Shown here: positions 8,732 through 17,093 of the stretch, in pieces
Layout of the letters: every line of letters starts with the position of its first letter
Position numbering within the stretch: the first letter of the stretch is position 1
Assembly: GCA_050123235.1 (NCBI GenBank)
Contig: JASFHL010000004.1
Coordinates: 40,558 to 104,557, forward strand
DNA length: 64,000 bases
Origin: Candidatus Woesebacteria bacterium
GTDB lineage: Bacteria > Patescibacteriota > Microgenomatia > UBA1400 > PJMF01
Direction of reading: 5' to 3'
Position numbers and translations under genes: made by a program
Notes under the pieces: model-generated
The model's database searches: none
What the model was told of the DNA's origin: nothing
What the model saw: only the letters and a program-made list of their open reading frames with translations

Positions 8732-10870
8732 ATGATTAATGTTGTTGGTACTTCACCAATCCCGACCAGTTCTCAAACCCCTGCTGGACAAGCTGCCCCA
8801 CAGACTACTCCTCAAGCTGCCGCTCCAACACCTCCTCCGGCTGCAGCTCAAAAAGCTGGTGGTGCTGGAGTAACTCCTCCCCCTAGTGCTAAACCACCAG
8901 GTAATAAATCTGCTATGAGTCCTCAACTGCAAAATTTATTTAAACAGAAAAAATTATCACCCAAGATGATTATAGCTATTTTGCTATTGGTGTTATTAGT
9001 GGTGGGAGTAATCGTAGGTTTTATTCTCAGTCAACAAAAACAAGAAATTAGGCAGAAAGCTGCAGTAGGTGATTATTGCTTAACTGATGCACAATGCAAC
9101 GTTGCTGGTGGGGAATACTGTGCTCCAAATCATTACTGTGCTATCAGACCTACTGGTGGTGGCTGTCCTAATAATGACCACACTGCCACTAGGTGGATAA
9201 GATTTACCTGCCCAGATGGTTGTACCATAACCCATGAGCCAGGTGATCCCCCAGAGGGCCGATATCGCTGTTATTCAAATCGAGAAGACTTCACAACTCC
9301 AGTTTCCTTAAATGGCGAATGTGGACAAGTAGATGTTTTGGATGAGAATGGAGATTTCTGTGGCTGGACTGAATATAATTGCGATGGCCCATGTGCTGGA
9401 GATGGTGAAGGAGGCACTCCTGTTCCTGGTGCTGCTACTAGTACGCCTGCTCCAACTGGTGTAGGTGGAGTTGAACCAACTCCAATCAGCTATAGTTGTA
9501 ACAGTAGCTGTACCAATACTAGCCAATGCCAAGGAGTCAATCCAAACTATCGCTGCTACACTAGAGCTGAGGGTGAACCAAACTGGAATTTGGCTGAATC
9601 ATGGAATAGCTTCAGTATCTCAGAGATGCCTTCAGCTTGTACCTCTGTTACTGCTTCTGGCGCTTACTATACACCAACTGAATTTAGACAATCAGTTTGG
9701 TGCAATGGAGGTACTGTTTACTTCCGCACTGTTCCTTTAGGTAGCAACGGTGAACCTAATTATGGGAGTGCTGGTAGCTGGAATACTAGCAGTATTAGTG
9801 CTGAGGGTCTACCATCATCCTGTACTAGTATTACTGCCTATGATGCTTATTCTACTCCAACTGAACTTAGACAAGCTTTATGGTGTGGTACTACTGTTTA
9901 TTTCCGCACTGTACCATTAAATAGTAGTGGTGAGCCTAATTTTAGTAATGTTGGCAGCTGGAATAGTAGTAGCATTAGTGCTGAAGGTCTACCATCATCC
10001 TGTACTACTATAACTGGCTATGGAGCTTACATGACCGACTCCAACCTAAGACAATCCCTTTTATGTAACGGTAATGTGAGTTATTACCATGATGTACCAT
10101 TGAACAGTAGCGGAGAGCCTAATTTTAGTAATGTTGGCAGCTGGAATAGCATGAGTTTATCTGAATTTGGATTAGCATCATCTTGTACTACTATAAGTGC
10201 TTATGCAACAAGTAATAATGGAAATACACTTAGACAGGTATTCTGGTGCAATGGCACTAATGGTTATTTCCGTGCCGTAGGTATTGGCAGTCGCTGCAGG
10301 TTGGAAAGCAATCCTAGCTCCATGACTTGTTCTGTGGCCACAGCAGCAGCCCCAACTGCTACTCCAGAACCAGGTGTCTGCGGTTCCTCAGGTTGTAGTC
10401 TTGACAATCCATGTAGCGGTCAACTGGTTTGTATTACAGCTAATGATGGCAACAACTACTGTTCTGAAGCTGATCAAAGCGTCCGAGATGCCTGTGCTAT
10501 CAATCCAAATACAACGACTTGCTGTACAGCACCAACCAGTGCTGTTGCTACTGCTACTCCAACTGATACTGTGGTCAATACCACTATCGATTGTAATGAT
10601 GCTTGTGTGCAGAATTCAGATTGCAGTAATGTCAGTCACATCTGCTGGAATGGTCAATGTCGCTTGTCAGAAAATCCTTCTGACGAACTATGCAGATTAC
10701 CTGGCGGGGGTACCACTACTACTGTCACTTACGAAACCATCCAACAGAGACAAATTCAACCAACCCTACCTTCTCAACTACCAAGCTCTGGTCCTGCTGA
10801 TTGGTTAAAATACCTCAAGGCTGGACTAGGTGTCCTAGGCTTTGGGCTACTACTCTTCTTATTACTCTAA
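8732..10870 (+). CDS. large Cys-rich surface protein: Pro/Ala-rich N-terminal tail, signal-anchor TM with 'GFILSQQKQEIRQKA' motif, 4 x ~60-aa Cys-containing repeats, Cys-rich C-terminal module, C-terminal 'LPSSGPADWLKYLK'+TM tail
   Basis: ORF track protein; internal repeats visible at DNA and protein level (~9572-10293); many N-x-S/T sequons; codon composition raises local GC. Confidence 0.7.
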   Translation: MINVVGTSPIPTSSQTPAGQAAPQTTPQAAAPTPPPAAAQKAGGAGVTPPPSAKPPGNKSAMSPQLQNLFKQKKLSPKMIIAILLLVLLVVGVIVGFILSQQKQEIRQKAAVGDYCLTDAQCNVAGGEYCAPNHYCAIRPTGGGCPNNDHTATRWIRFTCPDGCTITHEPGDPPEGRYRCYSNREDFTTPVSLNGECGQVDVLDENGDFCGWTEYNCDGPCAGDGEGGTPVPGAATSTPAPTGVGGVEPTPISYSCNSSCTNTSQCQGVNPNYRCYTRAEGEPNWNLAESWNSFSISEMPSACTSVTASGAYYTPTEFRQSVWCNGGTVYFRTVPLGSNGEPNYGSAGSWNTSSISAEGLPSSCTSITAYDAYSTPTELRQALWCGTTVYFRTVPLNSSGEPNFSNVGSWNSSSISAEGLPSSCTTITGYGAYMTDSNLRQSLLCNGNVSYYHDVPLNSSGEPNFSNVGSWNSMSLSEFGLASSCTTISAYATSNNGNTLRQVFWCNGTNGYFRAVGIGSRCRLESNPSSMTCSVATAAAPTATPEPGVCGSSGCSLDNPCSGQLVCITANDGNNYCSEADQSVRDACAINPNTTTCCTAPTSAVATATPTDTVVNTTIDCNDACVQNSDCSNVSHICWNGQCRLSENPSDELCRLPGGGTTTTVTYETIQQRQIQPTLPSQLPSSGPADWLKYLKAGLGVLGFGLLLFLLL
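9572..10293 (+). repeat. intragenic tandem repeats: 4 x ~177-183 bp (~60 aa) units inside the 8732-10870 CDS
   Basis: Units start GEPN(W/Y/F)...SWN.SS.S..GL.SSCT.I.AY...LRQ..WC; units 3 and 4 share ~40 identical nt at their 5' ends. Confidence 0.75.
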
Positions 10871-10940
10871 TCTTAGAATAAAATCAAAGAAGGAAAAATA
10901 TAGATTGCTAGATATATATTCTGAAGAAGTGAATAAGCTA

Positions 10941-11098
10941 AAATTTACTATAAATAAATATTGCAGTGTTAAAGCGAGGTCTGGCTAAGCTTAATCTAGC
11001 ACTACATTTACTACCGAGCTTTACTGAGTGAGCTTTATATCTTAAAAATTAATAAGAGGTTGTCGCGAACGACTGCAATATTTATTTATACTAAATTT
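10941..11098 (+). repeat. MITE-like palindromic repeat, full copy A (27-bp TIR, conserved core)
   Basis: TIR aaatttactataaataaatattgcagt / actgcaatatttatttatactaaattt; core gttaaagcgaggtctggctaag...ctaccgagctttactgagtgagc...gcgaacgactg. Confidence 0.8.
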
Positions 11099-11219
11099 GG
11101 ACTGTGTTTTTCGAGCTCAGGATATTTTTTCTTCTTTGACTTTGCTCTAGAAATTGTATTATGATGATTATTAGGCAATAATTTTTGTAAAATTTTAATT
11201 TAGTGAGCAACAAAGAAAT

Positions 11220-12773
11220 ATGACTGATTCCATGAATCCTATGAATCAACAAAGCTCTAATTCAACAGCTAGCAGTAAGCCTAATTCTCAAAACCTCTTC
11301 CAAGGGATAACTAAGAAGATGGCTCAGAATACTAATGTTCAACGCGCAGCATTAAGCCAATTGGGAGCAAGTTCACTAGATAAAGCAAATCCCAACCCAT
11401 CCAGTACAAACAGCCAAAATCTATTAGACTCAATGCCTAGTTCAATAGAGGCAAAACCAAGCCAAGCTCCTATTAAAACAGCATTAAAACAACCATTGCC
11501 TAACACTCCAGCAGATCAAGGTGCAACATTAAAGCAAGCAAGCCCTCCTCCAACTCAAGAAAGTCTTACTGCTCCCAAAACAAAGTCATCAAAAAAAATA
11601 TTTTTAAGTATTGCAGTACTTTTATTTCTTGTATTTGGAGCTGGCGCTGGCTTTATTCTAAGTCAACAGTCACAAGACATTAACCGTCAAGCTACCACTC
11701 CAGAAACTGCCAAACCAACCCTAGCTGTGCTACCTGCCCCTGTTGCCACGCTTTCTGAAAAAGATCAAATTGCTAAAAAGGTACTTACTTGTTTAGACGG
11801 GATGAAGGATAACTCAGGACTTTATCCATATAAACAAAATTGTGACGAAAAAGGTAATTGTGAATCTTTACCAGATAATAATTCTGGTCCACGCCCTATT
11901 TATGCTAGATTTCATTACTACCAAAAAACTAAGGATCCTCAAGAACTTGCTATTTTTAAAAAAGATTTATCAATTAATAATACAGCTGTTTCAGGCATTC
12001 AGAATAACTTCTACAACTGTAAATTAATCGCTGAGATTCAAGCTAGCATTGATGAAATGTGGAACAACAATTTCTTGATGAAGCAAGAAAGAAATCAAGC
12101 TAGAAATATTTGCCTTCTTAGTAAAAACAACCAGCAATTAGAGCAAATCGCAGATCAAAACTTGGACAGTGAATTGGCTAAAAAACCTGATTTTGATCAA
12201 GTATATGACGATCTATCAAGTACAAAGTCAAGTAGTCAAGAAATTTTGCTCAAAACTGACCTCGCTAGTGCTAGCTATTACAGTTCTGAATATGCAGGTC
12301 GTTATTCATTACTCACCCAGAATAGAGAGACTGAATTAAAAAGAGCGATATTCTTTTACAATCAAGCCTTGCTTATGCTCTTTCAAGAAAAACAAACAGC
12401 TAATTTTAAAGATATTTGTACTTTTGGAGAAAGTTCGCTTGATCTCTACAGAGTTACTCAGGATGAGGATTATCTTAAGCTAGCCAAATATCTTTGGAGC
12501 TGGGGTGCTGATCAAACTAGCCATGACTTTTCTACCAAAACAATCTGTGCCTATTTCACTAATAGCCTTTACCAAGAAACACAAGAAGAATCTTATCAAA
12601 CAGCCAGAAGTAATTTAATTAATGATTTGATTGAAAATAATCTTGATAAAACTGGACAAATGAGTTTTGTGACTGGAGATGGCTGTTTTAATTCTGATAA
12701 AGATGCAGCTGGAAAGGTTAGTAAATCAAGTATAGATAATAGCTTATTAGTGAAAGTATTGCTAGCTGAGTAA
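11220..12773 (+). CDS. membrane-anchored secreted protein: Ser/Asn/Pro-rich N-terminal region, TM with 'GFILSQQSQDINRQA' motif, ~370-aa extracytoplasmic domain; no C-terminal anchor motif
   Basis: ORF track protein; shares N-terminal signal-anchor motif with flanking genes. Confidence 0.6.
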   Translation: MTDSMNPMNQQSSNSTASSKPNSQNLFQGITKKMAQNTNVQRAALSQLGASSLDKANPNPSSTNSQNLLDSMPSSIEAKPSQAPIKTALKQPLPNTPADQGATLKQASPPPTQESLTAPKTKSSKKIFLSIAVLLFLVFGAGAGFILSQQSQDINRQATTPETAKPTLAVLPAPVATLSEKDQIAKKVLTCLDGMKDNSGLYPYKQNCDEKGNCESLPDNNSGPRPIYARFHYYQKTKDPQELAIFKKDLSINNTAVSGIQNNFYNCKLIAEIQASIDEMWNNNFLMKQERNQARNICLLSKNNQQLEQIADQNLDSELAKKPDFDQVYDDLSSTKSSSQEILLKTDLASASYYSSEYAGRYSLLTQNRETELKRAIFFYNQALLMLFQEKQTANFKDICTFGESSLDLYRVTQDEDYLKLAKYLWSWGADQTSHDFSTKTICAYFTNSLYQETQEESYQTARSNLINDLIENNLDKTGQMSFVTGDGCFNSDKDAAGKVSKSSIDNSLLVKVLLAE

Positions 12774-12781
12774 AACAAGTA

Positions 12782-13906
12782 ATGAACATTCAAAAAAGCA
12801 GAGCCACCATTAAACGAAGCAAAAAAACTAATCTCAAATTGGTAATAAGTTTATTGTTTATTTTAATGTCAGTGACTGGTTTTTTGGCTGGACTTTATTT
12901 GACTCAGCAAAGACAAGATATTAGACAACAGGCTTATCCTGGGCAAGAATGTGACTATACTTCCCAATGTGATGGCGAAAACGAAGTTTGCAATCCTAAT
13001 ACTCATCGTTGCGAAGGTGGAGTTATCCCAAGTAGCTGTGATTGTACTGCTGCACATACTTGCACCAGTAGCAACCCTAGCTGTGGTAGCTGTGTGCGAT
13101 CGTACTGCTATATTTCACCAGTCACTGGCAACTGTGAACAATGGTGTGAGCCAGTTTGCGGTGATGTCAGTGAAGCATGTGACTTTTATTGTCTAGAATG
13201 TACCAATGCTTCTGATACTTGCGGCCCTCAGCCAACACCTGGCGGCCCGACTCCAACTCCATTCCAACCACCTACAATTACGCCTTATCACACACCGGCT
13301 GTTAGTCCTACACCGACTCCAGCTCAACCAACATCAACTCCGCCCCCAATCTCGAGCCCAACTCCTACAGTGACTGGCGCCCCTAGTTCCACTCCCACAC
13401 CGACTGCCACTTTAAGCCCAACTCCAACCGTGACTGCTAGTCCAACGCCAACTAGTCCTCCTTGGGCCTCACCAACTCCGACTAGCCCACCATGGGCATC
13501 ACCTACCCCCACCAGTCCTCCTTGGGCTTCACCAACTCCGACCTCTCCACCTTGGGTACCAACTAATACTCCAGTGCCTTGGTCAAGTCCGACCCCGATC
13601 GCTTGGACAGTACCAACTAATACTCCTGCTCCATGGGTAGTAGTACCAACTATGATTGATTGTAACTCTATCTGCTACTCTGACTCTGAATGTGCTCAAA
13701 TCGGCTTGATTTGCTATCAAGGCCGCTGCCGCTTGGCTGCTAATCCAGAAGATCAATATTGCCGTCTCCCAGCTAGTGAAGTGATGGTAGAACAACCAGT
13801 TACTCCTGAAGCATTACCAGTTGCTGGCCCAGAAGATTGGCTTAAATACCTGAAGATTGGCCTCAGTGTGCTTGGCATTGGTGCTTTACTCTTCTTGTTA
13901 ATTTAA
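12782..13906 (+). CDS. Cys-rich / Pro-Thr-rich surface protein: TM with 'GLYLTQQRQDIRQQA', Cys-rich domain, PT linker with 4x 'PTPTSPPWAS', C-terminal Cys module 'IDCNSICYSDSECAQ..CRL..NPED..CRLP', 'LPVAGPEDWLKYLK'+TM tail
   Basis: ORF track protein; C-terminal 90 aa paralogous to C-terminus of the 8732-10870 product. Confidence 0.7.
   Translation: MNIQKSRATIKRSKKTNLKLVISLLFILMSVTGFLAGLYLTQQRQDIRQQAYPGQECDYTSQCDGENEVCNPNTHRCEGGVIPSSCDCTAAHTCTSSNPSCGSCVRSYCYISPVTGNCEQWCEPVCGDVSEACDFYCLECTNASDTCGPQPTPGGPTPTPFQPPTITPYHTPAVSPTPTPAQPTSTPPPISSPTPTVTGAPSSTPTPTATLSPTPTVTASPTPTSPPWASPTPTSPPWASPTPTSPPWASPTPTSPPWVPTNTPVPWSSPTPIAWTVPTNTPAPWVVVPTMIDCNSICYSDSECAQIGLICYQGRCRLAANPEDQYCRLPASEVMVEQPVTPEALPVAGPEDWLKYLKIGLSVLGIGALLFLLI
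13441..13560 (+). repeat. intragenic tandem repeats: 4 x 30 bp (PTPTSPPWAS) inside the 12782-13906 CDS
   Basis: ccaac(g/t)cc(a/g)ac(t/c)agtcctccttgggc(c/t)tca units. Confidence 0.75.
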
Positions 13907-13974
13907 GCGATTTTTGAATATCCCAAATAAATTATATTTAAATTATATTAGAGTTATTGTTAAAAGAAGGATTG

Positions 13975-14166
13975 TTGAAACTAACAGTTTAAAATTTACT
14001 ATAGATAAATATTAGAGCGTTGAAGCGAGGTCTGGCTAAAATCGAATTAGCACATAACTTACTACCGAGCTTCACCGAGTGAGCCTTGTATCTTTAAAAT
14101 AAATACAATGTTGCAGCGAACGACTCTAAGATTCATCTATAGTAAATGAGACTGTTTCTGAGTTTA
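13975..14166 (+). repeat. MITE-like palindromic repeat, full copy B (extended ~45-bp imperfect TIR)
   Basis: Same core as copy A, ~85% identical; between surface-protein gene and tRNA. Confidence 0.8.
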
Positions 14167-14230
14167 ATAAACGATAAGTTAATAAAAAAATTAGTTTAGC
14201 TGATATAATTTACTGGGTAAATTCAAAAAC

Positions 14231-14304
14231 GCGCGCGTAGCTCAATTGGTTAGAGCACCAAGCTTATACCTTGGTGGTTCCAGGTTCGAGTCCTGGCGCG
14301 CGCA
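14231..14304 (+). tRNA. tRNA-Ile, anticodon UAU (decodes AUA); no encoded CCA
   Basis: Manual cloverleaf fold: acceptor GCGCGCG/CGCGCGC, D-stem GCTC/GAGC, anticodon stem CCAAG/CTTGG with loop cTTATAc, T-arm CCAGG-TTCGAGT-CCTGG, discriminator A. Confidence 0.8.
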
Positions 14305-14362
14305 CAAAAACACTTAAAAAGATATTTCTTGACTTTTGTAATAGAATATATGTGTATTTATT

Positions 14363-15007
14363 ATGCAAGAAAGATTAGAAATTAATACAGGAGTAACAGG
14401 CGCGGACAACCTCCTCCCTGTTGTTGTGCTACAAACAGCAGCGGGAGCAGCTGAAAAAAATGAAGCAGTAGCATATGAAGAACTAGAAACAGCTCCTATC
14501 ATAGAGATAGACCCTACTGCTATGCTTCATTTGCCTAAGGATGCTAGAAGACCAACAAAAGATGAAGTTTCTCTAAGAGTTTTTTGTTTCCAAATTACTA
14601 TGCCTGGTACAATAATAGAAACGGAAAATGCTCCTCCAATCTTAACTTTAGAAGCTTTATTTGAACTAGAACCAGAATTAAAACAAAGAAAGTCAGAGAT
14701 TAGATACTGTTTTATCCATACTTTTAACAGGTGCTGGGAAACAATCCCTCAATTAGAAAGGAATAGTTGGTTTATAACAATCAGTGTTTCTGCTCAGCCT
14801 CAAGCCGCTGATGATAAAAGAACTAATGGTCCAGCTGAAGCATTATCAGAAACTGCGTTATTAGTAGCTCGAGTCAAAACTTTAAGAGAGGCATATTTTT
14901 CAGCCTTAAAAATGGCTATTACCACTAGCTCTGCTGAAGATGAAGTTGATGAGATAGACGAGCAACCAGCAAAAACTAGATCAAAATTATTGGCAAGGCT
15001 TAACTAA
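14363..15007 (+). CDS. hypothetical acidic protein (no TM), GC-richer than surroundings, immediately downstream of tRNA
   Basis: ORF track; no recognisable motifs. Confidence 0.45.
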   Translation: MQERLEINTGVTGADNLLPVVVLQTAAGAAEKNEAVAYEELETAPIIEIDPTAMLHLPKDARRPTKDEVSLRVFCFQITMPGTIIETENAPPILTLEALFELEPELKQRKSEIRYCFIHTFNRCWETIPQLERNSWFITISVSAQPQAADDKRTNGPAEALSETALLVARVKTLREAYFSALKMAITTSSAEDEVDEIDEQPAKTRSKLLARLN

Positions 15008-15107
15008 CAATATTCCACCAGAACTCCAAAAACCTCAAAGTTCTCCTCATTGTCAATCTTAAATAATCTTTCAAGAAAAAATATGAAAATATGTTAAGAT
15101 ATACATC

Positions 15108-16271
15108 TTGCTTTCAAAAAATGATCGTAAATCAAAAACAAATGTTTTTCAGCAAAATCTCAGCAAAAGTAGTGTAAAATATATCTTTTTGATTAAAGAA
15201 TTTATGAAAAAACTTAAACGAGCAGCTAAACGAATCAAAAACTTGCCCAAAAAAATTATTAAAACCATTAAAAAAAGGTGGAAGCTTTTGCTGGTCTTAA
15301 TTTTGATCATCTCAGCCCTTGCTTTTTTCTTATACAAAAGACAAGAAGCTAATAAAATTATCCTTACTTTTGAAAAACCTCAACGTGAAGATATCACTGA
15401 AACTCTTGAGGTTTCTGGCATTATTGATGCCAAAGAAAAGGCCACCCTTAGATTTATTGCTGGCGGCAAAGTCACTTACCTCGGAGTTCAAGAAGGTGAT
15501 TATGTGAAAAAATGGCAAACCATTGTCATCATTGACCAGCGTGATTTACAAAAAAAATTACAACAGGATTTGAATGATTATATGAAAGAACGTTGGGATT
15601 GGGATCAAGTGCTGGATGATACCAAAGATCGTTGGATTCCCAAATCAGAAGAAAGAGAAAAAGATAAATCTCAATGGGATCTTGATAATACTGTTCTAGA
15701 TGTAGAAATCAGAGATATCGCTATTTCCAACACTGTCATGTCTGCTCCTTTCTCTGGCATTATTGTTAAATCACCCACCAGCACTGCCAATGTACAACTA
15801 CTGGCGACTGACACTTTTGAACTAATTAACCCAGAGACTTTAGTTTTTAGAGCTCAAGTTGATGAGGCTGATATTGCAGCAGTTAGCTTAGATCAAATTG
15901 CCAAACTCACATTTGATGCTTATCCAGATGAAAATATAACTACTCAAGTAAATTATATTGCCTACAAAAGTAGTCAAGCTAGTAGTGGCACTGTCTTTGA
16001 AATTGAATTTCCTATTCTGGAAGAGAATGCTGCTACTAAATATCGTTTGGGCATGAATGGTGATGCTGAAATTAAGTTGAGAAGCAAAGAAAATGTTCTA
16101 ACAATCCCTTTGATAGCTACTAGAGAAAGAAATGGTGAAACTTTTGTTGATCTCAAAACCGGAGAAGAAACTTATGAAGAGAGAAAAATAGAGATTGGCC
16201 TAGAGACTGAAGATAAGGTTGAAGTAATTGATGGCTTAACAGAAAATGATGAGATTTTAATTCCAGAATAA
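15108..16271 (+). CDS. efflux/export periplasmic adaptor (HlyD/MFP family; MacA-like)
   Basis: N-terminal TM, biotinyl-lipoyl-like and beta-barrel segments ('ATLRFIAGGKVTYLGVQEGDYVKKWQTIVIID'); upstream of MacB-like ABC pair. Confidence 0.7.
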   Translation: MLSKNDRKSKTNVFQQNLSKSSVKYIFLIKEFMKKLKRAAKRIKNLPKKIIKTIKKRWKLLLVLILIISALAFFLYKRQEANKIILTFEKPQREDITETLEVSGIIDAKEKATLRFIAGGKVTYLGVQEGDYVKKWQTIVIIDQRDLQKKLQQDLNDYMKERWDWDQVLDDTKDRWIPKSEEREKDKSQWDLDNTVLDVEIRDIAISNTVMSAPFSGIIVKSPTSTANVQLLATDTFELINPETLVFRAQVDEADIAAVSLDQIAKLTFDAYPDENITTQVNYIAYKSSQASSGTVFEIEFPILEENAATKYRLGMNGDAEIKLRSKENVLTIPLIATRERNGETFVDLKTGEETYEERKIEIGLETEDKVEVIDGLTENDEILIPE

Positions 16272-16292
16272 AAAATAGTTAAAATTGCCAAA

Positions 16293-17093
16293 GTGAAATC
16301 ATCCAAAAAAAATAAAACACCAGTGTTACAACTTGTTAAAGTTTCTAAAACTTATCAAGTTGGCTCTCAAACCATCCGAGCGCTCAGAAAAGTTGATTTT
16401 ACTGTTAACAAAGGTGAATTCATCTCAATCATGGGTCCTTCTGGTAGTGGTAAATCTACCTTTTTGCAAGTAGCGAGCATCTTAGCTGAGGCAAGTAGTG
16501 GACAAATCTTCATCCAAGGCAAAGATGTCACTGAATATGATGAAGTAGAAAGAGCTAAACTCAGAAATAAAGAAATTGGTTTTGTGTTTCAAAAATTTAA
16601 TCTGCTATCCAAAACTTCGGCCTTGGATAATGTGGCTCTACCATTACTCTACGCTGGAATCAAAGAAAGTGAGAGAAAAAAAAGGGCTGCAGCAGTCTTA
16701 GAAAAACTAGGATTAGCTGATCGACTAAATAATACTCCTGCTCAGCTTTCTGGTGGTCAACAACAAAGAGTGGCTATTGCTAGAGCCTTAGTCAATGAAC
16801 CTTCGATAATCTTTGCAGACGAACCAACTGGTAACCTTGATTCCAAAAGTGGTGAAGAAGTGGAAAAAATTCTCAAAAAACTGAGCCGAGAGGGTAAAAC
16901 TATTATCATGGTTACTCATGAAGCTTATATCGCCGAGCTAGCCCAAAGACAAGTAGTTATTAAAGATGGAGAGATTATTTCAGACACCCTAAATGGCTCT
17001 CAAACAGAATACACTAGCGAAGCTGTTGAGGAAGAAGATTATCCCAAAAAAAAAATTAATTACACTAAAAGGAAACGTAAAAAGAAAAAATGA
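16293..17093 (+). CDS. ABC transporter ATP-binding protein, MacB/LolD/FtsE-like
   Basis: Walker A 'GPSGSGKST', '[15 protein letters not shown]', Walker B '[12 protein letters not shown]'. Confidence 0.85.
   Translation: MKSSKKNKTPVLQLVKVSKTYQVGSQTIRALRKVDFTVNKGEFISIMGPSGSGKSTFLQVASILAEASSGQIFIQGKDVTEYDEVERAKLRNKEIGFVFQKFNLLSKTSALDNVALPLLYAGIKESERKKRAAAVLEKLGLADRLNNTPAQLSGGQQQRVAIARALVNEPSIIFADEPTGNLDSKSGEEVEKILKKLSREGKTIIMVTHEAYIAELAQRQVVIKDGEIISDTLNGSQTEYTSEAVEEEDYPKKKINYTKRKRKKKK

Noticed and set aside
13324-13512. 62-aa minus-strand ORF (MGVGDAHGGLVGVG...) and other short ORFs (9308-9532, 9465-9740, 10374-10808, 12869-13196)
   Set aside because: They are antisense or out-of-frame to the Cys-rich and PT-repeat surface-protein genes. 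Their open frames are a by-product of the repetitive GC-richer coding sequence.
14319-14345. TTGACT ... tagaatatat promoter-like sequence between tRNA and the orphan ORF
   Set aside because: -35/-10 spacing does not fit a sigma-70 consensus cleanly, and in a 70%-AT genome such matches are frequent. Not reported as a feature.
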